Assembly: GCA_045597865.1 (NCBI GenBank)
Contig: JAZLKX010000028.1
Location: 44,224 to 108,223 of the forward strand
Reading direction: 5' to 3'
Origin: Bacilli bacterium
Lineage (GTDB): Bacteria > Bacillota_I > Bacilli_A > RFN20 > CAG-826
Length of the DNA stretch: 64,000 nt
Each line of letters begins with the position of its first letter. Position 1 is the first letter of the stretch. The position numbers were made by a program, and so were the translations under genes. This document shows, in pieces, positions 1-9,599 of the stretch. Below the pieces are notes generated by a model. That model saw only the letters and a program-made list of their open reading frames with translations, was not told the DNA's origin and searched no databases.

Positions 1-363
1 TTCGCCCATCATTTCTGGTGTAGCGACGATTACATCGAATTCGAACCAATTCTCTTTTTGGATTTTTTCAATTAATTCCTTGCCTCCGGCAAAATCCGCA
101 CCGGCTGCTTTTGCATCCTCAACCTTGGATGTGATTGCGCAAATCTTTTTGCTCTTTCCGTTTCCGTTTGGGAGTATGAGAGTACCTCTGATTTGTTGAT
201 CTGCTTGTGTGGTATCAACATTAAAATGGAATGAGACATCGACTGTTGCGTCAAATTTGACGGTTGATGTTTTCTTGACAAGATCACATGCTTCCTTAAT
301 GGAATAAACCTTTGTGGAATCTACGAGTTCTGCGACCTTTTTGTAGTTCTTACCGAATTTCAT
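1..363 (-). CDS. rplA: 50S ribosomal protein L1 (5' part; runs off the window)
   Basis: Own translation from ATG at 363: MKFGKNYKKVAELVDSTKVYSIKEACDLVKKTSTVKFDATVDV...DQQIRGTLILPNGNGK...FDVIVATPEMMG; directly follows rplK. Confidence 0.97.
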   Translation of the reverse strand, partial: MKFGKNYKKVAELVDSTKVYSIKEACDLVKKTSTVKFDATVDVSFHFNVDTTQADQQIRGTLILPNGNGKSKKICAITSKVEDAKAAGADFAGGKELIEKIQKENWFEFDVIVATPEMMGE

Positions 364-365
364 AA

Positions 366-776
366 TTAGTCTTTCACTGAGATACCCATGTTACGGCATG
401 AACCTTCAACAATCTTCATTGCTGATTCAACGTCGTCACAGTTAAGGTCTGGTAACTTGTATTCTGCGATTTCTTTAAGTTGTGCTTTGGTGATTGATCC
501 AACGATAACTTTTGGGTTTGCTGAACCTTTTTTGACACCTGCTGCTTTAAGGATTAATCCTGCAACTGGAGAAGTCTTGATTACAAAGTCATGAGATTTG
601 TCTTCATAAGCTGTAATAATGACTGGAACGATTTCGCCTTTTCTGTCTGCAGTCTTTGCATTAAAGTCTGTACAGAACTTTGGCATGACGACACCTGCTG
701 AAGCAAGTTTTGGTCCTGGTTTAGCTTCGCCGCCTGGGAGTTCCATCTTAACAACTTTGACGATTCTTTTACTCAC
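366..776 (-). CDS. rplK: 50S ribosomal protein L11
   Basis: AKPGPKL...FCTDFNAKT...IVPVIITAYEDKS...IAEYKLPDLN...SCRNMGI; AGGAGG RBS upstream. Confidence 0.97.
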   Translation of the reverse strand: MSKRIVKVVKMELPGGEAKPGPKLASAGVVMPKFCTDFNAKTADRKGEIVPVIITAYEDKSHDFVIKTSPVAGLILKAAGVKKGSANPKVIVGSITKAQLKEIAEYKLPDLNCDDVESAMKIVEGSCRNMGISVKD

Positions 777-811
777 GTGACATTTCCTCCTTTTCTTCTT
801 TAGATTTGTCC

Positions 812-857
812 GTGTCGTGGTCTATTTTGGACCGATCGTTTGGTCCTTCCACGATAC
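812..857 (-). promoter_or_regulatory. rplK leader hairpin, probable L1-binding autoregulatory site
   Basis: CGTGGAAGGACC-loop-GGTCC-AAAATAGA-CCACG stem with asymmetric internal loop just upstream of the rplK RBS. Confidence 0.55.
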
Positions 858-1001
858 GTATGTAACACTTGCGCGCTCTCTCATTCAGCGAACAAAGTGC
901 GTGTGTATTATATATGATAGGTATGTGCGTGTAAAGAAAATTTTTAAAAAGTTTTGCCAGATTATCCAACAAAACTTTCTATAAATACTTTGTATTTAAC
1001 T

Positions 1002-3179
1002 TTATTTAATTTTTCTATAAATTAATGATAAAGAATGCAACGTGAGCAACACGGTTAAGCCTGTGTCTGCGAGTATGCCTACGAACAATGCAGCTTCCCC
1101 AATAACATCTGCCAAAATTAAAGAAATAACAACTATTTTTACAAGCAATGCGAACACAATATTGAAGATTGCGACAAACTTGGTTTTCTTTGCAATTTTG
1201 ATTGAGTCATAAATCTTTAATGGGTGGTCTTGCATGATAACAACATCAGAGTTCTCAACAGCAACATCAGAACCTATTCCGCCCATTGCAAAACCAACGT
1301 CACTTCTAATGATTGAAGGAGTGTCATTTATACCATCACCAGCAAAGGCAATTAAGCGGCCTTTTTCAGCAAAATCTATAGCTTTTTCCACATATTTTGT
1401 CTTATCTTGAGGTAAAAGTTTGGCGTGATATTCTTTGATTCCAACAGCCTCTGCAACCTCTTTAACTGTAGATTCTTTATCGCCAGAAAGTAAGACAACT
1501 TTTATTCCCATTTCATCCAATTTTTTAATCAATAATTTAGCTTTATCTCTAACAACATCTTTTAGAACAACATAACCAATATAGTTACCATTTTTTGCAA
1601 CATGAATTGCAGTTCCTCCAACATCCACTTCCTCCACCACAATTCCTTCATTTTTGAGAAGATCAACATTACCTGCTAAAATCTTATTTCCTTCATATTC
1701 TGTCTTAACTCCAAGACCTGGAACTTCTTCATAATTCTTTTGTGATAAAGCTATTGAAGAAACGTTTTTATGCAAACATATTGCTTTAGCAATTGGATGA
1801 TTAGAACGTGATTCCGCAGCTAAAAGAGCGGTCTCTAATTCTTTTTCAGTTACTTTGACTGGAACAAGCTCACTTACTTCAAAATTCCCATAAGTGAGAG
1901 TTCCAGTCTTATCTATAAACAAAGTTCCAACTTTACAAAGGGAATCTAAGTAGTTGGCACCTTTGATAACAACACCACGGCGTGATGCTAGACCAATTCC
2001 TGCAAAGTAAGCAAGAGGAACAGATATAACAATTGCGCACGGACAAGAGACAACAAGAATAGCTAATCCACCAAAAACTGATTGTGCCCAATCATGAGTA
2101 ATTAAACCTTTAATAACAGCAAATAAAATACCTGCTAAAAATACAGTTGGTGTGTAAATTCGCGCGAATTTTGTAATGAATTTCTCAGCTTTTGCCTTTC
2201 TTTCGCCACTTGATTGAACTAGCTCAAGAATCTTAGAAATGGTTGAATCTGCAAAGACCTTATTCACCTTTATTGTGATTGATCCGCTTCTTAAAATCGA
2301 TCCACTTAACGCATTGTGACCAACTAATGCATCTACAGGCATTGGCTCTCCCGTTAACGAAGAAACATCAAGTGTGCCCTGACCATCAACAATTTCTCCA
2401 TCAGCTGGAACAATTTCTCCGATTCTAACTATTATTTTATCTCCAACTTTAAGCGTCTCAGGTTTAACCTCGACAACTTTGTTGTCGGTTATTAAATTTG
2501 CAGTATCAGCACGAAGGTCAATTGCATTAGTGATTGCATCTTTTGATTTACCTGTTGCAATGTGTTCAAAAAGTTCTCCGATTTGGAACAAAACAATAAC
2601 CATAACTCCATCCATTAAATCAACTTCAAAAGCACCGGAATCCATTCCGTTTTTTACTAAAATTGAAAGAGTAAAAACACCGACAGTTGATAATGTTAAA
2701 AGCAAATTCATGTCTATTGGATTTCTTAATTTAATAATGTTTTTAACAACTCGCCAAACTATGTCATATAGACAAACTAATGCAGCAATTCCATACAAAA
2801 TCGCCGCTAAAACGTACATATTTTGACTATTTTCCATCATTTCCTCGGTGATGGTAAATTTAACAACAAGCATTAAAATAGCTGAGAAAAGAATTCTTCC
2901 AAGCATCACATAAAAATGTTTATTCAAAAACGAATTTTTAACATTTCTTCCTGCTTGCAATTTTTCAATTCTTAATGGATCATCTTCAACCTCTTTGATG
3001 AGTTTTATTAATTCATCTGTTTGAAGTGGTTCATCTTTGTAGTTGATGTACAATCTTTCGTTAGCAAAATCGATTGTGGCTGAGTGAATAATTTCTTGTT
3101 TGTTTAAATAACGCTCAACATTAGCTGCACAGTTGGCGCAATCGAATCCAGAAATGTGATAAATAACCTTTTTTGACAT
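1002..3179 (-). CDS. cadA: P1B-type heavy-metal ATPase (Cd/Zn/Pb exporter, CadA/ZntA-like)
   Basis: N-terminal GFDCANC HMA motif, TGE, SCPC, DKTGTLT, HP, GDGIND; start MSKK at 3179 has a GGAGG RBS. Confidence 0.9.
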   Translation of the reverse strand: MSKKVIYHISGFDCANCAANVERYLNKQEIIHSATIDFANERLYINYKDEPLQTDELIKLIKEVEDDPLRIEKLQAGRNVKNSFLNKHFYVMLGRILFSAILMLVVKFTITEEMMENSQNMYVLAAILYGIAALVCLYDIVWRVVKNIIKLRNPIDMNLLLTLSTVGVFTLSILVKNGMDSGAFEVDLMDGVMVIVLFQIGELFEHIATGKSKDAITNAIDLRADTANLITDNKVVEVKPETLKVGDKIIVRIGEIVPADGEIVDGQGTLDVSSLTGEPMPVDALVGHNALSGSILRSGSITIKVNKVFADSTISKILELVQSSGERKAKAEKFITKFARIYTPTVFLAGILFAVIKGLITHDWAQSVFGGLAILVVSCPCAIVISVPLAYFAGIGLASRRGVVIKGANYLDSLCKVGTLFIDKTGTLTYGNFEVSELVPVKVTEKELETALLAAESRSNHPIAKAICLHKNVSSIALSQKNYEEVPGLGVKTEYEGNKILAGNVDLLKNEGIVVEEVDVGGTAIHVAKNGNYIGYVVLKDVVRDKAKLLIKKLDEMGIKVVLLSGDKESTVKEVAEAVGIKEYHAKLLPQDKTKYVEKAIDFAEKGRLIAFAGDGINDTPSIIRSDVGFAMGGIGSDVAVENSDVVIMQDHPLKIYDSIKIAKKTKFVAIFNIVFALLVKIVVISLILADVIGEAALFVGILADTGLTVLLTLHSLSLIYRKIK

Positions 3180-3180
3180 T

Positions 3181-3555
3181 TTATCTTTCCTCCACATGTT
3201 CTTTTACTACATTTAGAAGCTCTTTTACGTGCCCGTCTTTTAAAGAATAATAAATTTTCAAGCCGTCTCTTCTTGTTTTTACAATATTTTTATCTCTTAA
3301 AACTTTTAATTGATGCGAGACAAGTGATTGGGAACAACCAGTGGCTTCTACGATTTCGGAAACTGACTTCTCAATCATGCAAGAAAGCACTCTACATTTG
3401 CTGCAACAATTGAGTTCGCTACAACAACAAGAGCATTCTCTCTCATTAACAAGTGAAACCATTATTTTTAGGCGTGTTTGATCAGAAACAACCTTCAATA
3501 ATTGTTCCATTTTTCTAATAGTTTGAATGTTAATTCTTTCAAAGTTCATCATCAT
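3181..3555 (-). CDS. ArsR/SmtB-family metal-sensing repressor with Cys-rich insertion
   Basis: SDQTRLKI...SQSLVSHQLKVLR...RRDG..IYYSL.D.HV; upstream of the ATPase; true start may be 3549. Confidence 0.9.
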   Translation of the reverse strand: MMMNFERINIQTIRKMEQLLKVVSDQTRLKIMVSLVNERECSCCCSELNCCSKCRVLSCMIEKSVSEIVEATGCSQSLVSHQLKVLRDKNIVKTRRDGLKIYYSLKDGHVKELLNVVKEHVEER

Positions 3556-3556
3556 T

Positions 3557-3585
3557 ATTATATGAATGGTTGTTCATATAGTCAA
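3557..3585 (-). promoter_or_regulatory. sigmaA promoter with ArsR/SmtB-type operator
   Basis: TTGACT-17 bp-TATAAT; inverted repeat TATATGAA-N6-TTCATATA (3559-3580) overlaps the spacer. Confidence 0.8.
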
Positions 3586-3605
3586 CAATTTTTTTGCAAA
3601 TAAAA

Positions 3606-3628
3606 AACACACTACATAGTAGTGTGTT
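3606..3628 (-). terminator. intrinsic terminator after nusG
   Basis: AACACACTAC/GTAGTGTGTT stem with T-run on minus strand. Confidence 0.7.
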
Positions 3629-3648
3629 AATTATCGAATTTTAATCAA

Positions 3649-4215
3649 TTATAGACGTTCAATTTCTGAGAAATCTACATCGACTGGAGTTGAACGACCG
3701 AAGAAGATTGTTTCAACTCTACAAGCACCAGTCTCCTTATTGATGGATAAGATTTTGCCTTCTGTACCTTCAAGTGGTCCTCTGATGACTCTAACTGGAT
3801 CGCCAATGTTGTAGTGTTCATACATTGCTGAATCAATGATGCCCATACGTTTAAGAACTGGTTCAATTTCTTCTTTAGAAACTGGAGTTGGTTTTTGACC
3901 ACCACCAGATGAACCAACGATACCAACAACGCCTGGAGTGTTACGGACGTGATACCAACTATTGTTGGTCATGAACATTTCTACGAAGATGTTTCCTGGG
4001 AACAAGTTTTTCATCTTAGTCTTTCCTGTAGGAAGACCTGTTTCTCTATCAATTACTGGAACTTCTTGTTCTGCAACTAAAATGTTGGTGATATAATCAC
4101 CCATTCCAAGTTGATCAAATCTTTTTCTAAGGTTTTCAGCAGCTTTTCTCTCGTGTTGAGAATAAGTGGTAACAATGTACCAATGCTTTTCGCCTAATTC
4201 TTCTTTTTCTTCCAT
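3649..4215 (-). CDS. nusG: transcription termination/antitermination factor NusG
   Basis: WYIVTTYS, FPG.IFVEM, VRNTPGV, KOW GD.VRV..GP, FGRSTPV. Confidence 0.97.
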   Translation of the reverse strand: MEEKEELGEKHWYIVTTYSQHERKAAENLRKRFDQLGMGDYITNILVAEQEVPVIDRETGLPTGKTKMKNLFPGNIFVEMFMTNNSWYHVRNTPGVVGIVGSSGGGQKPTPVSKEEIEPVLKRMGIIDSAMYEHYNIGDPVRVIRGPLEGTEGKILSINKETGACRVETIFFGRSTPVDVDFSEIERL

Positions 4216-4230
4216 TGTTTTGTCTCCTTA

Positions 4231-4431
4231 TTATGCTTTGAGTCCTGCAAAAACATTCTTTAAAGCTTCAATAACCTTTCCAGCAGCTAAGTCTTCTAAA
4301 GAAAGGATTAAAGCGCAGAATACACAAATAACAATTGTAGTAATAAGAGCAGTTAAAAATGCTTCTCTTTTAGGCCAACGAACACGTTTGCCTTCTTTGA
4401 TAACTTCTTTGGTATATTTTTTTACACCCAT
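4231..4431 (-). CDS. secE: preprotein translocase subunit SecE
   Basis: E.KRVRWP + single TM, between rpmG and nusG. Confidence 0.92.
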   Translation of the reverse strand: MGVKKYTKEVIKEGKRVRWPKREAFLTALITTIVICVFCALILSLEDLAAGKVIEALKNVFAGLKA

Positions 4432-4442
4432 AGTTATTCCTC

Positions 4443-4589
4443 CTACTTGCTTTCCTTATGCAATGTTTGCTTATTGCAATGTGGACAAAATTTCATTAAT
4501 TCAAGACGTTCAGTTGCGCCTTCTTTTTTGGTAGTTGTGTAATTTCTACTAAGGCATTCAGGGCAAATTAAAATAACTTTCTTTCTCAT
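4443..4589 (-). CDS. rpmG: 50S ribosomal protein L33 (Zn-binding type; not in ORF track)
   Basis: Own translation [48 protein letters not shown]. Confidence 0.95.
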   Translation of the reverse strand: MRKKVILICPECLSRNYTTTKKEGATERLELMKFCPHCNKQTLHKESK

Positions 4590-4661
4590 AAAACGTTATC
4601 CTATTTAACATCTTGTGCTGTAATCATACATTACTCATTTAACAAAGTCAAGTAAATTGAC

Positions 4662-5486
4662 TTATTTTGCATTCTCAAAAATCTCAATTAGTGGATTTAG
4701 AGAATCTGTTTGATAATCTTCAATATTCCCTTGATCCACTAATTGGGATATTGTTGGATCGATAGGTAATTCTGCAAGAACTTTAATGCCTGATTCTTCA
4801 ATAATTTTCTTTGATTCTTCTGAACCGAAAATTCTAATTTTTTCATCACATTTTGGGCATTTAATGTAAGCCATATTTTCAACAATTCCCAATGTGTTAA
4901 TGTACATCATTTTTGCCATATTAATGGATTTTTTAACAACCATAGAAACTAAATCTTGTGGACTTGTTACAATAATGATTCCATCGATTGGATACATTTG
5001 AAAAATTGTTAATGGAACGTCGCCTGTTCCTGGAGGCATATCAATGAACATATAATCAACATCACCATAGGTGACATCAGTATATAGTTGCTGGACAAAA
5101 CCAGCAATCATTGGTCCTCTCCAGATGATTGGAGATTCATCGTCAGGCATCAATAAATTGGCTGACATAATCTTAATTCCGTGCTTAGTTAACACTGGAT
5201 AAATTGCAGTTTCATCAGAACTCGCCATCTTTCCTTTTAAGCCAAACGCTTGAGGTATAGATGGGCCAGTGATATCGGCATCAACAATAGCAACGTTGTA
5301 GCCCTTTTTATTCATGGCCGATGCAAGCAAAGATGTAACTAAGCTTTTACCCACACCGCCCTTACCAGAAATTACAGCATAACAATGCTTAATTGTGGTA
5401 TTCTCATTTGGTTTTAATTTTTCTATTTTGCGTGATGCACAATCACCTTGTGAACAGCTCGCGCAATCGTGATTACATTCAGACAT
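4662..5486 (-). CDS. mrp: Mrp/NBP35 Fe-S cluster carrier ATPase
   Basis: N-terminal CxxxCxxC, SGKGGVGKS, DADITGPS, WRGP, DMPPGTGD, CPKC. Confidence 0.92.
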   Translation of the reverse strand: MSECNHDCASCSQGDCASRKIEKLKPNENTTIKHCYAVISGKGGVGKSLVTSLLASAMNKKGYNVAIVDADITGPSIPQAFGLKGKMASSDETAIYPVLTKHGIKIMSANLLMPDDESPIIWRGPMIAGFVQQLYTDVTYGDVDYMFIDMPPGTGDVPLTIFQMYPIDGIIIVTSPQDLVSMVVKKSINMAKMMYINTLGIVENMAYIKCPKCDEKIRIFGSEESKKIIEESGIKVLAELPIDPTISQLVDQGNIEDYQTDSLNPLIEIFENAK

Positions 5487-5520
5487 AAAATAACTCCTTG
5501 CTATAATAATAGCATAATAG

Positions 5521-6129
5521 TTATTTAAGTTCTATTTTTAATTTCATTGATTCGAGATCTTTTTGAATTAATTTTTTGATGTACCTATATTGGCCTTCGG
5601 TTAATCTGAGTCTGCGCATGATTTCCATGCTGTTATAACCAGCTGATTGTAACATAAAAACTCTTTTCTTTTTAATTTCTATAGCATCATCAGTTGCTTT
5701 GGGAGATGACATTTGCAAATGGATTTCTTCAAAAGAAATTTGTTCCGGAATTGATGCACAATTACAGTCTTCAACTAATTCATATAAACTTGTTCCGTCC
5801 GATGTTGTTTCGTCTAAAGATTTACCCTGTACACTAAAAATTTTGCACAATTCAACTAATTTAGAAGTAAGCCTTTTGTTCAAAACAAATTTTGCGAAAT
5901 CAAAGAAACTTTTTGTTTCAGATGAAAAAGATGTGTAAACATAGTTTATTATGAATAAAATATAATCATCAATGTCGTCTAAAGTTATATTATAAATCGA
6001 CATTTTTTCCATAAGTGATTTTGCAACTTTTCTTCCATAATTAAAAAGATAATTAGTCAACTCTTGTAAGGCTCTGTTGTCACCATTTTGACTAACCTTA
6101 AAAAGATTATCGACGTAATCTTTATTCAT
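5521..6129 (-). CDS. divergent sigma-70-family factor at the sigH position
   Basis: Region-2-like SFFDFAKFVL, SLDE motif, C-terminal GYNSMEIMRRL HTH; syntenic with sigH between rlmB and rpmG. Confidence 0.6.
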   Translation of the reverse strand: MNKDYVDNLFKVSQNGDNRALQELTNYLFNYGRKVAKSLMEKMSIYNITLDDIDDYILFIINYVYTSFSSETKSFFDFAKFVLNKRLTSKLVELCKIFSVQGKSLDETTSDGTSLYELVEDCNCASIPEQISFEEIHLQMSSPKATDDAIEIKKKRVFMLQSAGYNSMEIMRRLRLTEGQYRYIKKLIQKDLESMKLKIELK

Positions 6130-6162
6130 TACTTTATCCTCCTTTAAGGAAGATTTTATCTT

Positions 6163-6903
6163 TTACTTGTTTACAATTCTTGATAACAAAATTCCAACAG
6201 ACACTGAAACATTAAGACTATTAACGTGTCCTTTCATTGGAATTTTAATAATGAAATCGGAGTTTTCCATAACAAGTCTTGAAGCTCCATGGCCTTCCGA
6301 ACCAACTATTAAAGCAGTTGGACCTGAATAATCTAAAGCTTCATAATTGTCTTTACCGCTACCATCTGCAGTATAAATCCAGAAACCATTTTCCTTTAAT
6401 TTGTTGATTGCTGAAACTATATTATTTACTTCTGCTACCTTTACATATTCGATAGCACCTGTTGAAACTTTGGCGACCGTCATATTTAATGGAACTTGAT
6501 TGCGTGATTTGATAATCACCCCATCGACTCCAAATGCGTCCGCAGAACGCAAAATTGCACCAAAGTTATGTGGATCTTCAATCTCATCCAATATGAGAAT
6601 TAAAGGATGGTCACTCTTTTTGGAACATGAAATGATTTCATCTAAAGATGAATATTCATAAGGAGCTACCTCGACAACGATACCTTGGTGGTTTCCACCA
6701 CGAACTAATGAGTTCAAATAATTCAATTCAACATACTTAGGAGAAAGTTTGTTTCTTTGAATTTCACCAAGGATCTTATCGTCTTTAAATCCTTTTTGAA
6801 GATAAATTGCTTTCACTTTATTTTGCGATAAAGCATTTAAAGAAGGCAATCTTCCATACACTAATTCTACTCTATTTTTTGAAGGTCTATTCCCATTTTT
6901 CAT
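6163..6903 (-). CDS. rlmB: 23S rRNA Gm2251 methyltransferase
   Basis: HQGI, DPHNFGAILRSA, GSEG.G, IPM.G.VNSLNVS (SPOUT). Confidence 0.93.
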   Translation of the reverse strand: MKNGNRPSKNRVELVYGRLPSLNALSQNKVKAIYLQKGFKDDKILGEIQRNKLSPKYVELNYLNSLVRGGNHQGIVVEVAPYEYSSLDEIISCSKKSDHPLILILDEIEDPHNFGAILRSADAFGVDGVIIKSRNQVPLNMTVAKVSTGAIEYVKVAEVNNIVSAINKLKENGFWIYTADGSGKDNYEALDYSGPTALIVGSEGHGASRLVMENSDFIIKIPMKGHVNSLNVSVSVGILLSRIVNK

Positions 6904-6905
6904 AA

Positions 6906-8237
6906 CTAGATAATTTTATTCTCCATTAAGACGTTTCTGAGCTTATCAGATTCCTCAAATTTCTTCTCTGATTTTAATCTCAAATATTCTGCATAAATTT
7001 TCTCTAATTCTGGTGTCAAAATTGGAGCATCTAAATCGATTCCTAAAATTGAAAGCATTGCATTAATTGAAGCGAAAATATTGGAGATTTCCTGGAGATT
7101 TTGCGGATTTTTGCGCAATTCTACGTTTGCAAGTTTAACCTTTTCAAAGAGTGCAGCAAGGGCATTTGAAGTGTTTAAATCATCAGCCATTGCAGCTAAG
7201 AAATCAGCCACTTCTGGGGTACCTGATTTTAGGTCTCCATGATTGACTTGAATTGCCACTGCTAATTGGTTATAAACTTTCTTAATTTTTTCTAATTCGT
7301 TAACAGTTGATTGAACTGTTTCTTCTGTAAATGAAACTGGAGCACGATAATGAGTTTCTAAAATAAGAAGTCTCATAACTTTTCCGCCATATTTTGCAAT
7401 TGCGTCTTTTGCTAAAACAACATTGCCTAATGATTTAGACATTTTCTCGTTTCCAAAATTAACGAAGCCATTATGCATCCAAACGTTTGCAATCTTATTG
7501 TGATCATGTGCTTTTGCTTGAGCAATTTCATTTTCATGGTGTGGGAATTTTAAGTCAAATCCACCGCCGTGAATATCAATCTTTCCATCAAAGATGGAGT
7601 TAATCATAACACAGCATTCTGTATGCCATCCTGGACGGCCTTTTCCCCAAGGGGAATCCCATTGAATGCCAACATCTGTTTTCTTCCATAAGCAGAAATC
7701 TAATGGTGATTCTTTCTTAGAATTTTCTTCAATACGAGCACCAACTACTAAATCATCAATTTTGATATTTGATAATTCACCATAGTCTTGGATTGAACTT
7801 ATTCTAAAGAATACATCTCCATCAATTTCATATGCGGCGCCAGTTTTTACTAGGTCATCAATGTAAGAAATGATGAAACCCATGTATTCGGTGACTCTTG
7901 GGTTTTTATAATGTTGTTTAACATTGAGTTTGCTAAGAACTTCTTTGTAGGCTTTAATGTAACGATCAGTAATAACAGATTCAGAAACTCCTTCTTCCAC
8001 TGCTTTTTTAATAATCTTATCGTCAACATCAGTAAAGTTAGAGACAAGCTTAACATTGTAACCAACGTACTCTAAAAAACGTCTGAGTGTATCAAACACA
8101 ATAACAGGACGAATATTTCCAACGTGTGCATCACCATAGACTGTTGGTCCACAGCAATAAATGGAGACTTCATTTTCTCTAATTGGTTTTAATACTTCAA
8201 CACTATTTGATAATGAGTTAAAAACTTTAATTTCCAT
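6906..8237 (-). CDS. cysS: cysteine--tRNA ligase
   Basis: CGPTVY, HVGN, GRPGWH.EC, FPHHENE, KMSKS. Confidence 0.98.
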   Translation of the reverse strand: MEIKVFNSLSNSVEVLKPIRENEVSIYCCGPTVYGDAHVGNIRPVIVFDTLRRFLEYVGYNVKLVSNFTDVDDKIIKKAVEEGVSESVITDRYIKAYKEVLSKLNVKQHYKNPRVTEYMGFIISYIDDLVKTGAAYEIDGDVFFRISSIQDYGELSNIKIDDLVVGARIEENSKKESPLDFCLWKKTDVGIQWDSPWGKGRPGWHTECCVMINSIFDGKIDIHGGGFDLKFPHHENEIAQAKAHDHNKIANVWMHNGFVNFGNEKMSKSLGNVVLAKDAIAKYGGKVMRLLILETHYRAPVSFTEETVQSTVNELEKIKKVYNQLAVAIQVNHGDLKSGTPEVADFLAAMADDLNTSNALAALFEKVKLANVELRKNPQNLQEISNIFASINAMLSILGIDLDAPILTPELEKIYAEYLRLKSEKKFEESDKLRNVLMENKII

Positions 8238-8249
8238 AGCAATTCTCCA

Positions 8250-9512
8250 TTATTTTGCGTCAATAATGCGCTTTTTATGTTTTGGACGTGCTGGTGTTTT
8301 AGGAGCTTTTTTCATTGCTTTCATGAACGATTCAGCAAGTCCACCTTTAGCTGTTTCACGGTATCTCTTGTTCAAATCTTTTCCGGTTTTGTACATTGTT
8401 TCGACAACTGTATCAAACGAGACAGCATTTGATGCGTGAGCGTATTCTGCAAGTCTTCCAGCAGCAACTGCACGGATTGCAGCAATAGCATTTCTTTCAA
8501 TACACGGTATGATGACGTAGCCACCAACTGGGTCACAGGTCAAACCAAGTGAATGTTCCATAGCGACTTCTGCAGCACATTCAATACCATCAATGTCTTC
8601 TTTTTTGAGATAAGCATAAGCTGCAGCAGCCATTGAACAAGCTGACCCAATTTCAGCCTGACAGCCTGCTTCAGCACCTGCTAGAGAAGCGTTATATTTA
8701 ATAACGTTACCAATAATTCCAGCGACCGCTAAGGCCTCAAGAATTGTTTGTCTTGGTTTTTTATACTTCTCGCCATAATATTTCATTACCGAAGGTAAAA
8801 CACCACAAGAACCACATGTTGGAGCAGTAACAACGACTCCGCCCGATGCATTTTCTTCACTAACAGCAAATGCATAGGCATACATCATTCTAAATGAGTT
8901 TCCGACTTCAGATTCGTCAACATAAAGGGATTTAAGGAAATCTTTAGCTCTACGTTGAACATGAAGTTTACCTGGAAGTTCTCCGGTTGCTTTAAGGCCC
9001 CTATCGATAGCGGCCATCATTGCGTCATAAACTTCACCAAGATAATCAAAGATTTCTTCACCTTCACGATTCACTATGTAATCAACTAAAGTCCAGTTAT
9101 TCTTTTCACAAACTTTACGGATTTCAGCAAAGTTCTTTTCTTTATAAATTTCTGGTTCTGGTGCGCTCTTTTCGTCACCAATACGAATAGAACCGCCGCC
9201 TGGTGAAGTTGCCCATAAAATCTCATGAGTTCCGTCTTTATTATAAACATCAAACTTTACAGTATTTGGATGTTGTGTTTTAGTTTTGTAATCAAAATAA
9301 ATGTTTGTTGGAATTGGAGCACACGAAGTGACAATAGCTTTATCAGTCATGTGACCTCTGCCAGTTAAAGCAAAAGATCCAAATAATGTAACATCAAAAT
9401 GATCTGCATTTGGGAAGTTTTTTACAGCATATTTTGAGATTCTTGAAGGTCCAATTGTATGTGAAGAGGAAGGACCATTTCCTATACGGTATAAATAACG
9501 GATTGATTTCAT
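8250..9512 (-). CDS. sdaA: Fe-S L-serine dehydratase (single chain)
   Basis: GPSSSHT, APTCGSCG, GCQAE, GLTCDP, PCIERN. Confidence 0.93.
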   Translation of the reverse strand: MKSIRYLYRIGNGPSSSHTIGPSRISKYAVKNFPNADHFDVTLFGSFALTGRGHMTDKAIVTSCAPIPTNIYFDYKTKTQHPNTVKFDVYNKDGTHEILWATSPGGGSIRIGDEKSAPEPEIYKEKNFAEIRKVCEKNNWTLVDYIVNREGEEIFDYLGEVYDAMMAAIDRGLKATGELPGKLHVQRRAKDFLKSLYVDESEVGNSFRMMYAYAFAVSEENASGGVVVTAPTCGSCGVLPSVMKYYGEKYKKPRQTILEALAVAGIIGNVIKYNASLAGAEAGCQAEIGSACSMAAAAYAYLKKEDIDGIECAAEVAMEHSLGLTCDPVGGYVIIPCIERNAIAAIRAVAAGRLAEYAHASNAVSFDTVVETMYKTGKDLNKRYRETAKGGLAESFMKAMKKAPKTPARPKHKKRIIDAK

Positions 9513-9553
9513 AGTGCAGTTATTTTAACACATAGACATACAAACGCAAATAA

Positions 9554-9582
9554 AAAAGCGGAGCTACGAAGTAACCCCGCTA
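9554..9582 (-). terminator. terminator at end of the catabolic operon
   Basis: AGCGGG...CCGCT stem followed by TTTTT on minus strand. Confidence 0.6.
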
Positions 9583-9599
9583 ATTTATATTTAGAGCAA

